Source of the DNA: Phycisphaeraceae bacterium
GTDB lineage: Bacteria; Planctomycetota; Phycisphaerae; Phycisphaerales; Phycisphaeraceae
DNA length: 64,000 bases
Assembly: GCA_963674705.1 (NCBI GenBank)
Contig: OY771506.1
Span: 928,001-992,000, forward strand
Direction: 5' to 3'
Part shown: piece after piece, positions 1-9,395 of the stretch
How the letters are laid out: each line of letters begins with the position of its first letter
Position numbering within the stretch: position 1 is the stretch's first letter
Made by a program: the position numbers and the translations under genes
The notes under the pieces: generated by a model
What the model was told of the DNA's origin: nothing
The model's input: only the letters and a program-made list of their open reading frames with translations
Database searches by the model: none

Positions 1-922
1 GGTTATTCGTGTACGTTTCGGCGGTACGCGCACCGTTATCAGAAGCGAAGAAGATATAGGTGTTATCATCTAATCCAAGATTACTTATCGCATCCAACAA
101 CCGGCCGAAAGCCGTATCCAGATCTTCAATCATCGCGGCGTATTCAGGCACATCGTGCCGGACGCCCGGTGTTAGATTTTCATACTTCTCGATCGTCGCC
201 GCTTTGGCTTCAATGGGGGCGTGAGGCGCATAATAGTTCACCTGCATATAGAAAGGATTTTCCAACGCCGCCTGATCTTCGATAAAACCGATGGCCGCAT
301 TCGTTACACGTTCGACACCCCGGGCGTCCTCTTCAAGGTACGGATCGCCCAATCCCCACAAGTCATAACCCTGCGAGCTTTCCGTGCCCACCGTAGTGTC
401 GGTGGAATAATTAAGGTGCCACTTGCCCAGGTTGGCGGTGGCATACTCAGAATTAAGTTCTTTGAGATACTCAGCTATTGTCGTTTCGGATTCCGGCAGG
501 CCCGGATAGATCGCCGGCGGGGTCAACGACCACCCGGTATAGCCCTCGTAGTACCAGGGCGTCGTAACGTCTCCCCCGGTGTGGATGTCGGTGAACTGCA
601 ATTGCGCGGGCGATTTGCCCGTGATGATCGAGGCTCTCGTCGGCGAACATGCCGCGGCAGGCGCGTAGGCGCTACTGAAAACCATCCCCTCGGCCGCCAA
701 TCGCTCCAGGTTGGGTGTCTGGTAGAAGTCGCTCTTCGAGTCAGCGATAGCAGGGTCCATCTGCACAGACGTGCCGGTCCATCCCTGGTCGTCAGTAAGC
801 ACGACGATGATATTAGGCGCTTCAGGCGTTTGTGCAGGCACAACCGACGTGAGCCCGCCGGATACGCCGATTAGCAGGACCACTAATTGCACACGCCCCG
901 GCCGCAATGCATAGAACAACAT
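1..922 (-). CDS. Sulfatase (arylsulfatase A-like), N-terminal part; runs off the left edge
   Basis: Absent from the ORF track (no stop in window). Manual translation from ATG 922 gives a signal-like N-terminus, PNIIVVLTDDQGW, TPNLERLAAEGMVFSSAY, the formylglycine motif CSPTRASIITG, and NTYIFFASDNG near the edge. Confidence 0.93.
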   Translation of the reverse strand, partial: MLFYALRPGRVQLVVLLIGVSGGLTSVVPAQTPEAPNIIVVLTDDQGWTGTSVQMDPAIADSKSDFYQTPNLERLAAEGMVFSSAYAPAAACSPTRASIITGKSPAQLQFTDIHTGGDVTTPWYYEGYTGWSLTPPAIYPGLPESETTIAEYLKELNSEYATANLGKWHLNYSTDTTVGTESSQGYDLWGLGDPYLEEDARGVERVTNAAIGFIEDQAALENPFYMQVNYYAPHAPIEAKAATIEKYENLTPGVRHDVPEYAAMIEDLDTAFGRLLDAISNLGLDDNTYIFFASDNGARTAETYTNN

Positions 923-1165
923 TAATGACGCTCCCGCAACAAGGTCCTGTAGACCTGACTTTCCTATTGTTAATACACCCCAGAACCCCGGCAGGATGCA
1001 GGACTCACAATACTAAACACCTTTTCATTATTCAAGACATGATGGGCCTACAGGCCCAAATACTGTTTCCCATTCAATTCTATTAATGCTGCTTTGCCTG
1101 TCTTACCACCGTGTACAGCCCACAAATTACCCAAACTCGCAACACCGACAAACAAGTGGTATCAC

Positions 1166-1197
1166 AAAAAAGAAGCCCACGTTTTTAAACGTGGGCT
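1166..1197 (-). terminator. Rho-independent terminator of amtB-glnK
   Basis: Palindrome AGCCCACGTTT-TT-AAACGTGGGCT followed by TCTTTTTT on the minus strand. The same GCCCACGTT..AACGTGGGC stem recurs at 47647, 48332 and 51652. Confidence 0.7.
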
Positions 1198-1246
1198 CCC
1201 GCGCAATGAATGGTAGTGCTTTTGAAACTGTTTAAAACATTTTTGT

Positions 1247-1585
1247 TTACAGAGCGTCGTTGTTCATTTCGCCCGTACGGACGCGGACAACCTTGCTCAG
1301 TTCGTAGACAAAGAGCTTGCCGTCGCCTACTGAGCCGGTGCGGGCCGATTCGGTGATGGCATTGATGGTGTTCTCAAGGTCTTCGCTCTTGACCGCGATC
1401 TTCAGGAGGACCTTGGGGACAAACCCCACGTCCATCCGGGCCCCACGGTAGCGTTCGGTGTGCCCGCGCTGCTTGCCGTAGCCTTTGCATTCCAGGGCGG
1501 TCATACCCAGGATGCCCAGCTCTGTCAGCCGCTTCTTCAGCGGGGCTAAGGCCGCGGGCTTGATGACTGCTTCAATCATGTGCAT
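1247..1585 (-). CDS. glnK: P-II family nitrogen regulator
   Basis: 112 aa with IEAVIKP, GYGKQRGHTERYRGA, PKV, ARTGSVGDGKLFV and RVRTGE motifs; adjacent to an ammonium transporter. Confidence 0.93.
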   Translation of the reverse strand: MHMIEAVIKPAALAPLKKRLTELGILGMTALECKGYGKQRGHTERYRGARMDVGFVPKVLLKIAVKSEDLENTINAITESARTGSVGDGKLFVYELSKVVRVRTGEMNNDAL

Positions 1586-1698
1586 GGTCTAAATCTCCAA
1601 GGTGTTTCTTTGCTTGCCGTGGGCCGCCCGATGGGTGGGAGCTTAGGATCACCCACCGGCGGCGGCACGGACGAGATTCTCATATAAGGAACGATTAA

Positions 1699-3246
1699 TC
1701 AAGCCTCGCGTAACTGGTAGCTCTTGATGGTGGTCTGCTGGAAGTCCGGGTAAGCCGCCATATCGTGCTCGCCCAGGTCCAGGCCTTCGGCCTGCTCGTC
1801 GTCGGAAACCCGCAGCCCCATGACCGCCTTGATGGTTCCGCCGACGATCAGCGTGAAGATCACGGTGAACGCACCCATCGCGATGATGCCCGCAAGCTGG
1901 TAGCCGATCTGGGCAATACCATCGCTGTTGATGCTGATGAACCCCTGGTTCACATGGCCGACCTGGATCAGGCCCATGTTGCCGAACAGACCCACCGCCA
2001 GTGTACCGAAGATACCGCAGACCAGGTGGACACTCGTCGCACCGACCGGGTCGTCGATCTTCAACACGCGGTCGAAGGTGATCACCGCGAAGTAAACCAG
2101 CACACCCGCGATCGCACCAATCAGGAACGATTCTACGATCGTCATCTGGTCCGCACCGGCGGTGATGCCGACGAGGCCGGCGAGGATACCGTTCAATGCC
2201 ATCGACAGGTCAGGCTTGCCCGCGGCTGCCCAACTGGTCATCCCGGCTGCGACACCACCGGCGGCGGCGGCGATCGAGGTCGTGACCAGGGTCAGGGAAA
2301 CCAAGGCCGGATCAGCACTCAGCACCGAACCACCGTTGAACCCGAACCAACCGAACCACAGCAGGAACACACCGATCGCGGCTAGTGTCATGTTGTGACC
2401 GGGGATCGCGTTGCTCGAACCGTCGGCGTTGTATTTGCCCAAACGAGGTCCCAGCAGGATCACCATCACCAAGGCAGCCCAGCCACCGACCGAGTGAACG
2501 ATCGTCGAACCGGCGAAGTCGTAGAAGCCCAGGACGTCCAACCAGCCGCCGCCCCACTTCCATGCACCCGTGATCGGGTAAGCGATCATGACAAACAGCG
2601 TGGCGAAGATCAGGAAGCTGGAGAGTTTGATACGTTCAGCCACCGCACCGGACACGATCGTGCAGCAGGTCGCGGCGAACATCGCCTGGAAGAAGAAGTC
2701 GGTGTACCAGGTGTAGGCGGCATAATCCGGGCCGAACAGGCTCAGGTCACCCATATCCGCCGTGATAAAGCCCTTGATGGCATCAACATCCAACCAGCCG
2801 GGGATACCGATCACGGTGGCGACCCCCGCATCATCCGTGAACCCGGGATACATCAGGTTGAAACCGATGAACGCGTAAGTCAGAACACCGATACAGACAA
2901 TGAAGGTGTTCTTGAACAGGATGTTGACGGTGTTCTTGGCACGGGTCAGGCCGGTTTCGAGTGTGGCAAACCCCAGGTGCATGATGAACACGAGCATCCC
3001 CGCGATCATGATCCACAGGTTGTTGGCAGTGAACATGGCATCAACCGGGGTCCCGGTCGATTCCACCGCATCTTCCGCCGCATCCGCTGCTGTATCTACA
3101 GCTTCGGCCACAGTCTGAGCCGCCGTCGCGACTGCTTCTTCCGCGCCCGCGGTGTCCTGTGCATACACACCCTGTGAAAACGCCAGCAGGCTCAGGGCGA
3201 GAATGATCAGGGCCATGGGCTTAGCGCCGCTTGCTATCCACCTCAT
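1699..3246 (-). CDS. amtB: Ammonium transporter Amt with signal peptide and acidic N-terminal linker
   Basis: FIMHLGFATLETG, FQAMFAAT, IVSGAVAER, DFAGSTIVHSVGG, LWFGWFGFNGGS and DDPVGATSVH (both channel His present). Start set at ATG 3246 behind a GGAGA RBS. Confidence 0.97.
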   Translation of the reverse strand: MRWIASGAKPMALIILALSLLAFSQGVYAQDTAGAEEAVATAAQTVAEAVDTAADAAEDAVESTGTPVDAMFTANNLWIMIAGMLVFIMHLGFATLETGLTRAKNTVNILFKNTFIVCIGVLTYAFIGFNLMYPGFTDDAGVATVIGIPGWLDVDAIKGFITADMGDLSLFGPDYAAYTWYTDFFFQAMFAATCCTIVSGAVAERIKLSSFLIFATLFVMIAYPITGAWKWGGGWLDVLGFYDFAGSTIVHSVGGWAALVMVILLGPRLGKYNADGSSNAIPGHNMTLAAIGVFLLWFGWFGFNGGSVLSADPALVSLTLVTTSIAAAAGGVAAGMTSWAAAGKPDLSMALNGILAGLVGITAGADQMTIVESFLIGAIAGVLVYFAVITFDRVLKIDDPVGATSVHLVCGIFGTLAVGLFGNMGLIQVGHVNQGFISINSDGIAQIGYQLAGIIAMGAFTVIFTLIVGGTIKAVMGLRVSDDEQAEGLDLGEHDMAAYPDFQQTTIKSYQLREA

Positions 3247-3457
3247 GTCATAGGTCTCCAAGTTGTTAGTTGAAAGGCCGAACCCACGACAGGCTCGGCC
3301 CGTACCATCCGTCGCTTTGCCCGGTGGATCCGGCCTCCCTTGGAGAGAGAGGCCGGATGCCGGGTCTTGGAATTGAGTGGACGTCGTTTCTGACGCCCAC
3401 CCATCCCTCTACTCACGCAGTAGAGGGTGGCTTGTGTCATGGTTATGCCCCTCTAAA

Positions 3458-3473
3458 TGCAAGCATCGTGCCA
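3458..3473 (-). promoter_or_regulatory. Sigma54 (RpoN) -24/-12 promoter of amtB-glnK
   Basis: Minus strand reads TGGCACGATGCTTGCA, matching TGGCACG-N4-TTGCW, about 210 bp upstream of amtB. Confidence 0.88.
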
Positions 3474-3604
3474 GTGATCTGATAGCGCGCCCAAACCTGA
3501 TCGCCAACAGGCCAAAAACGCCTTTTGCAAGACGCCAGGGGGGATAAAAAGCTTTAAAACACGCCTAAAATTCTCCTGCGACTGCCCACATGCAGTCCGG
3601 AAAA

Positions 3605-3652
3605 CGCGCATTAAATAGGCATTTGGCCTTCCACTAGCACAAAAATGGTCAA
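3605..3652. promoter_or_regulatory. Candidate tandem NtrC-type enhancer sites
   Basis: AGCACAAAAATGGTCAA (3636-3652) resembles TGCACCAWWWTGGTGCA. TGCCTATTTAATGCGCG (minus, 3605-3621) resembles TGC-N11-GCA. Centres are ~31 bp apart, 130-180 bp upstream of the sigma54 site. Confidence 0.5.
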
Positions 3653-3996
3653 CCCGCGCGCAGGAATGTCTATGTGTTATGCAATCTTGCAAGTGTTTTT
3701 AAAAGATGGGCTTATGCTCGAATTGCACTTTTTGCCCCCCGCAACACCCGGCGATGAACACCGCTCATGCCAGCGATTTCGCAGCGCGACGCTTCATTAA
3801 GCATCGATTGAACTGGCCGCTAACCGCTCAGCAAATCTTCTGGATGAAATGATCTGAGCCGCAGGTGCGACTTGTTAACGCTTGCGGTAAAATAGCTCGG
3901 CCCCGGACCCCATGTCCGCCCCGCCGACGTGCGTAACCTTTACCCCCCACCCCGATCGCACCACCGGGACGGTCTGAAACACTTGAGGAGTGACCG

Positions 3997-6900
3997 ATGG
4001 ACGCCACCGTGCGAACGCCTGTCGTGACTGCCGCACTGTTGCTATCCCTGTGTTTGGCGTGCTTCACCGCACTGCTGCCGGCCCGCGCTCAGTTGGCGCC
4101 CAACAACACAGACCTGCCGCAAGAGCCGAACATCGATCTGGACATCGATGCGCTGCTCAACAACAACCAGGTCTTCGAGGAATCAGTCAACAGCAGCATC
4201 TGGGACATCGCCGCGCAACCCGGACGAAGGCTTATCCAGGTCCCCATCACCGTCAAACCCAAGAGCGAAGAAACACGCCTCGGTACACCGTCCATCAAGT
4301 TGCGAGGCGGACGCTTCATCGCCTGGCGCATCGTCGCGGATGAAACAGACAACAGCAACAACAGAGGCGGCGGCCGATACTCAAACGAAGCCTCATACGA
4401 TCCCTACAGCAACCCGACCTCCGTCGGATCGCTGCGTAACTACGGCGAAGAGGAGCTAGGGAATATCGATCAACCAAACTACAACGAATCATCACGCTCC
4501 GCACAGATGGGCCAACAGCCAACCGATGATATCCCGCTGATAACACGCGATATCACTGTTTCGCCGCAAGGCATCATCCACTGGGAACTGGATCGCGCCA
4601 TCCCCGGCGGGGAACTCAAGAGCGGCGACACGGGCTACCTGCTCAAGCTTCGGCCCGATCGGCTCAACGAACTCCGCCCCGAGCCGCCCGGCCGCAACAC
4701 GCGCTCAACATCCTCTTCTCGCTCCTCGCGCGGTATCGGTGGTGAAGCTCCAACCGGTCGAACCACCACCACGAGGCGCCCCTCCGGCAATGATGCACGC
4801 GAAGCCGCCGCACGCCAACGCGCTGAAGAACTGGAATACCGCGAAAAACTCAAGGAATACAACGACCTGCGTGAACATATCCGCGATCTGCCCGACGAGT
4901 TCCAGGCGCCGTTGCCCTCCAGGCTCTGGGCGATCTACGAAGTCTCCGACCGCATGGACGAACTGGAATTCACGGGCGAACCACCCTTGCCATGGAGCAT
5001 CAGGCAAGCGGACATCGAGGCGCTTAACAACCTGACGTCTCGCTCCCGTGGCGGTGATAACCTGACCGCTGAAGACTTCACGGTTATCTCGCAGATGACG
5101 ATCATGCTCGCCAACGAGCACCCATTGACCGAACGCACCGTCGCCAGCTCACTCAGCGCCGCCGGCATGCTCGGCCGATCACAACAAGGTGATGCGCTCT
5201 ATCGCCTGATCGCTCGACTGCTTAAAAGTAAAGATTCACAAACCGTGCAGATCACGGCCGCGGGCCTTGCCGCCAATGTGCCGCCCAGCCCCGCAACGAT
5301 CTCGCTGCTGCGCGGTGCGTTCGACGATCTCGACCCCGCCTCCAAACTTATGGCGCTTGGCGGCCTACTTACAACTGAAGGCAACGACCCCATCGCTCAG
5401 CGGCAGATGGTCGACACCGCCAACCAGATCATCGCAGACCCCAACGGCCCGGGCGTCGTCCACGTCCTGAATCAGCTCGTGCGTGCACTTGCTGACAATC
5501 CGGATGCAACCAAACTCGTCGGCGCGAGTATCAAGTTCGACGACCTTAAGCCCGAAGCCCTCGACAATGCGATCATCTACATCGCCGAGGCCGCCGGCGA
5601 CAGCCCGCTTGCTTCGGAATGGATGGAGCACGGCCTGCTCGGTTCGACCAACCCGCAAACCGTCAAACGAACCGTCGAACTGCTCGCAACAAGCACACGC
5701 GGCGACGGCATCGTCTCCCGGTCCACACGCTCCCTGGTCATCGCCACCTTCGGCCCGGGGGCCCCGCTTTCACCGACCCGCCAAACCGCGCAGATGCACC
5801 GTGTCGGACGCATCCCGATCAACTCGACCGGCCACAGCATCTATCGCGTCCTCAACGCCGGCGATCCCGAGCTGCGCAGCCTCGGCTGGCAGGCCCTGCG
5901 ACACTTCCAGGTCCCCTCGAACAACCAGCGCAACAACCGCAGCATGCCGACGATGAACCCCGGCGAAGGTGAACAAACCGACCGCCTCAAACTCATCCTC
6001 GACGCCGCGTTCAACGAAACCGTTACACCGCCGCAACTCGTCAGCTTCCTCGTCAACCAGGAAGATACCGAGCCCGCAACCGAAGCGCTCGTCCGCATCG
6101 TCGTCGAAGGCCGCGGCCCGGCGATCACACGCGCCGCCCGCGCGCTGGTCCGCTCCGGTCGACGCATCGATCAATCGCTGCAGCAGCTTACGCCCGAACA
6201 GCGAGGCTCGTTCGCTTCAAGACTCTACGAGGCCGTCACCGGCTCGTCCCCCATGGTCGCCGGCTTGATGCGCATCAACGATTCCCGCTCGCGCGTCGTC
6301 GGTTGGTTCGCTCAGCAAGTCACGACCACCGGCCTGCCGCAAGCTTCCGAATGGGCGTCGGCCATGAACGGCGAAGACGCACTGCTCGGTTTAGCTTCAA
6401 ACCCCGATCCCGAACTCGCCGACGCCGCCGTCGCCAGCCTCGTCGCTTCGGTCGGCGGAGATGAAGTCGTCGCTCGCGACCTCGCCCGGCAAATGAGCAA
6501 CGCAACCGACCGCTCACCAAGCGGCCTGGGTGACATCTGGAGCGAAGCCAAGCAGGAAATCTACGCCGGCAAACTTCAATCCGCCGCCGGCAGCTACCGA
6601 CTCATCATCAACGTCCGCGGTAACAACAATTCCAACACCGGCTACGACGCACCCGGTGGATATGACTACGGCGGTTACGACGGCGAATTCGAAGGGGAAT
6701 ATGGCGGAGGGCTTGGTGGATACGGGCCCGACCCCAGCACCGAACTCGCCAGCGTCGCGGCACTCCCACTGATCAAGAGCATCAACCTCGCGCTGATCGA
6801 ACTCCGCGCCGATGGCACAAGCATCGAACTGGCAAGTGGTACGCTCACACTTTCCGCTTCCGATCAGCGCCTCGCTATCGTCATGCAGGACCCCAAGGAA

Positions 6901-7053
6901 CTCAACGACTTCGGCAACAACGAAGTCTCCGATCTGCCGATCGAAAACCTCAACTCGCCCATCGAATTATTGCCACAACCCGGCAACGTATGGCGAGGCG
7001 CAGCATCCCTGGGCGACGGCCGTAGCATCGAAGTCATCTTCGACCCCCAGTAA
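3997..7053 (+). CDS. Large exported hypothetical protein, probably alpha-helical solenoid with low-complexity inserts
   Basis: 1018 aa, GAGGAG RBS, signal peptide ending ARA-Q, Leu/Ala-rich helical middle, Gly/Tyr/Asp-rich tract near the C-terminus. Confidence 0.8.
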   Translation: MDATVRTPVVTAALLLSLCLACFTALLPARAQLAPNNTDLPQEPNIDLDIDALLNNNQVFEESVNSSIWDIAAQPGRRLIQVPITVKPKSEETRLGTPSIKLRGGRFIAWRIVADETDNSNNRGGGRYSNEASYDPYSNPTSVGSLRNYGEEELGNIDQPNYNESSRSAQMGQQPTDDIPLITRDITVSPQGIIHWELDRAIPGGELKSGDTGYLLKLRPDRLNELRPEPPGRNTRSTSSSRSSRGIGGEAPTGRTTTTRRPSGNDAREAAARQRAEELEYREKLKEYNDLREHIRDLPDEFQAPLPSRLWAIYEVSDRMDELEFTGEPPLPWSIRQADIEALNNLTSRSRGGDNLTAEDFTVISQMTIMLANEHPLTERTVASSLSAAGMLGRSQQGDALYRLIARLLKSKDSQTVQITAAGLAANVPPSPATISLLRGAFDDLDPASKLMALGGLLTTEGNDPIAQRQMVDTANQIIADPNGPGVVHVLNQLVRALADNPDATKLVGASIKFDDLKPEALDNAIIYIAEAAGDSPLASEWMEHGLLGSTNPQTVKRTVELLATSTRGDGIVSRSTRSLVIATFGPGAPLSPTRQTAQMHRVGRIPINSTGHSIYRVLNAGDPELRSLGWQALRHFQVPSNNQRNNRSMPTMNPGEGEQTDRLKLILDAAFNETVTPPQLVSFLVNQEDTEPATEALVRIVVEGRGPAITRAARALVRSGRRIDQSLQQLTPEQRGSFASRLYEAVTGSSPMVAGLMRINDSRSRVVGWFAQQVTTTGLPQASEWASAMNGEDALLGLASNPDPELADAAVASLVASVGGDEVVARDLARQMSNATDRSPSGLGDIWSEAKQEIYAGKLQSAAGSYRLIINVRGNNNSNTGYDAPGGYDYGGYDGEFEGEYGGGLGGYGPDPSTELASVAALPLIKSINLALIELRADGTSIELASGTLTLSASDQRLAIVMQDPKELNDFGNNEVSDLPIENLNSPIELLPQPGNVWRGAASLGDGRSIEVIFDPQ

Positions 7054-7093
7054 CCCCGAGTCGATCCGCGCAGTTTGCAAAATACTCCCTCCA

Positions 7094-7350
7094 AACGCCG
7101 GTCCTGAGCGCAGCGAAGGTCCGGGCGGTTTGTATGTTCAATGTTCGAGCTTCAATGTTCAATCTGAAGCCCGTGCTAATCGCTAACGGCTAACGGCTTT
7201 GCCCCCCCCCAACGCCGGTCCTGAGCGCAGCGAAGGTCCGGGCGGATTTAGAGCAGTAGATGGTTGAACAGGAGAGCAGGAGACCAGTATCGGGTATCGG
7301 ACAGATTGTATTGCTAATGGCTAATCGCTAACGGCTAACGGCTTTGCCCC
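7094..7350 (+). repeat. Two copies of a 32-bp REP-like unit (AACGCCGGTCCTGAGCGCAGCGAAGGTCCGGG) among GCTAAYS, TTCAATG and CGGGTAT heptamers
   Basis: Copies at 7094-7125 and 7211-7242; variants at 32708, 34782, 40642 and inverted at 56428-56459. Confidence 0.85.
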
Positions 7351-7411
7351 ATCCCACCCCCATCCTGTAAAATCACACCGCATCACCCGCCCCATCCAAA
7401 AGGAGACACCC

Positions 7412-8104
7412 ATGAAGTTCCGGACGTGGTTACTCGTGTCTGTACTTATCTGCCTGCCAAATCTTACCCAGGCTCAGGTTGTCATCAGTGAAATCATGTA
7501 CAACCCCAGCAGCAACGAAGGTTGGGGACCCGACCCGAATAAGCCGGACGACAAGGGCAAGCCCAACAGCGTCGAATGGGTCGAGATATACAACGCTTCA
7601 GACACCGCCGTCGACATCTCCGGCTGGTCGCTTGCCGATGAAGACGGGACAACTAAAACCATCCGCGACGGCGCGGTGCTCGAACCCGGCGAAGCCGCGG
7701 TCATCGTCCCCGGCAGCATGACACCCGCCGGCTTCCACGCCGCCTGGAGCGGCGCCTTCGCCGTCTATCCCGTCCAGGGCTGGGGCGACGACGGGATCTA
7801 CAACCTGTCCAACGGCCCAAGCGAAACCAACGAAATTCTCCGCCTCGTCGACGCCGACGGCGCTACTATTGATGAAGTCAACTACGACGACGAGGGCGAC
7901 TGGCCCAGCGACCGACCCGACGGCGCAAGCATCTACCTGCCTTACGAGATGCTGAACGCGGAATTGAACGATCAGGGCGCCAACTGGAAACTGTCGACCA
8001 ACGGCACAGACGGCGCAAAGAAAAACCGAACCACCAAAGACTTCAACGGCGAAGACCTCGGCTCGCCCGGCAAAGTCCCCGAACCAAACACCGACAACAA
8101 ATAA
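7412..8104 (+). CDS. Secreted lamin-tail-domain (LTD) protein
   Basis: AGGAG RBS, signal peptide, VVISEIMYNP, EWVEIYN..AVDISGWSL, LSN and terminal GSPG, typical of bacterial LTD domains. Confidence 0.8.
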   Translation: MKFRTWLLVSVLICLPNLTQAQVVISEIMYNPSSNEGWGPDPNKPDDKGKPNSVEWVEIYNASDTAVDISGWSLADEDGTTKTIRDGAVLEPGEAAVIVPGSMTPAGFHAAWSGAFAVYPVQGWGDDGIYNLSNGPSETNEILRLVDADGATIDEVNYDDEGDWPSDRPDGASIYLPYEMLNAELNDQGANWKLSTNGTDGAKKNRTTKDFNGEDLGSPGKVPEPNTDNK

Positions 8105-8121
8105 GTACAACAAACGGAAAC

Positions 8122-9069
8122 ATGATAATGAAGAATCGGCCCCTCATTCACGCCGCCTTGCTTCTTTCAACCCTGCTCATCGCAACGCCCACCAATGCCT
8201 GGCACGACGAGGGCCACTACTATTCCGCACGCGCCGCCGTCAATGCGCTGCCCGAAGATGTCCCAGAGTTCTTCCGGCAAGGCGTCGGCACCGTCGCACA
8301 CTGTTCGCTCGACCCCGATGTCTTCAAAGTCCGTGAATTGCCGCAGCTCAATCACAGCGAATACCCCGAACACTTCCTCGACATCGAATTGCTCAAAGGC
8401 AAGCCACTGCCCGCACAGCGATCCGAATTCCTCAAGCTCTGTTACGACAACGATCTCGACCCGAGCAAGGTCGGCACACTGCCGTATGCCATCACCGAAT
8501 GGACGCAGAAGCTGACGATGGCGTTCGCCGAATACCGCCAGCACCCCGACAACCCGCACATCCACGCCAAGTGCCTCGTCTACGCGGGTATTCTCTCGCA
8601 TTACGCAGCCGACCTGCACATGCCGTTGCACACGACCGTCCACTGGGACGGCCGATACGAGCAAAACATGCCCTACACCCGCACGGGCATCCACACCAAG
8701 GTCGACGCCCTGCCGACTTTCATCCCATACAACGACCTGTACGCCGAACCGCTGCCGACCCCGCTCGCCTCATCGGACATCTTCAGTTTCACGAAGGAGG
8801 AATTCGACAAGAGCCATAAGCTGGTCGACAGCGTTTACAAACTCGAAGACAAACTCCCCACCACGTGGGACCCGCGGATACACAACGACGAAGTCCGCGA
8901 CTTCACGATCGAGCGCATGCGCGCCGCCGCCGCCTTCACCGCCGACCTCTACCTAAGCGCCTGGCGCAACTCCGCCAACATCGAAGTCCCCGACTGGATG
9001 GACCGCACCATCTTCGACGACGACTTCGACCCAACCGTCGTCCCCCCACAACCCGATCGTCAACGCTAA
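8122..9069 (+). CDS. Secreted S1/P1 nuclease / Zn-dependent phospholipase C family protein
   Basis: Signal peptide, then mature N-terminal W-H-D-E-G-H, PD, HFLD, GTLPY, HYAADLHMPLH and IH Zn-ligand pattern. Confidence 0.8.
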   Translation: MIMKNRPLIHAALLLSTLLIATPTNAWHDEGHYYSARAAVNALPEDVPEFFRQGVGTVAHCSLDPDVFKVRELPQLNHSEYPEHFLDIELLKGKPLPAQRSEFLKLCYDNDLDPSKVGTLPYAITEWTQKLTMAFAEYRQHPDNPHIHAKCLVYAGILSHYAADLHMPLHTTVHWDGRYEQNMPYTRTGIHTKVDALPTFIPYNDLYAEPLPTPLASSDIFSFTKEEFDKSHKLVDSVYKLEDKLPTTWDPRIHNDEVRDFTIERMRAAAAFTADLYLSAWRNSANIEVPDWMDRTIFDDDFDPTVVPPQPDRQR

Positions 9070-9075
9070 CTGCAA

Positions 9076-9362
9076 AGCCGCGACCATCGGTCGCGCTCTT
9101 ACACCCTCTCCCCTCGGGAGAGGGCCGGGGTGAGGGCCGTACTGATTGTGTAATCAATCACAAATAAAAAACCCGCGACAACATCGCAGGTCTTTCACAT
9201 AGCCCGAACATCTTGGTCGGGTTTCTTCATTCCCACACACACCCGTTTAGCTCCGCAGCTCGCTGCGGAATACGGCCCGCCAGGGCCGCTCAAATAAACA
9301 CCCGACCCAATCAGCGAATGTGTTGTCATAAAAAAACCCGACCAAAATGGTCGGGCTATATG
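9076..9362. repeat. Cluster of REP-like palindromes between convergent genes
   Basis: GCCGCGACCATCGGTCGCG, CCCTCTCCC..GGGAGAGGGCCGGGGTGAGGGCC, CGTTTAGCTCCGCAGCTCGCTGCGGA and an inverted pair ATAGCCCGA.CAT.TTGGTCGGG. Most units recur at 16480-16800, 17947-18078 or 22132-22252. Confidence 0.75.
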
Positions 9363-9395
9363 AACCGTGCGACTCATGGTCGCGGCCTTACAAAA

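Noticed and set aside
221..874. 217-aa plus-strand ORF
   Set aside because: Antisense shadow of the sulfatase on the minus strand.
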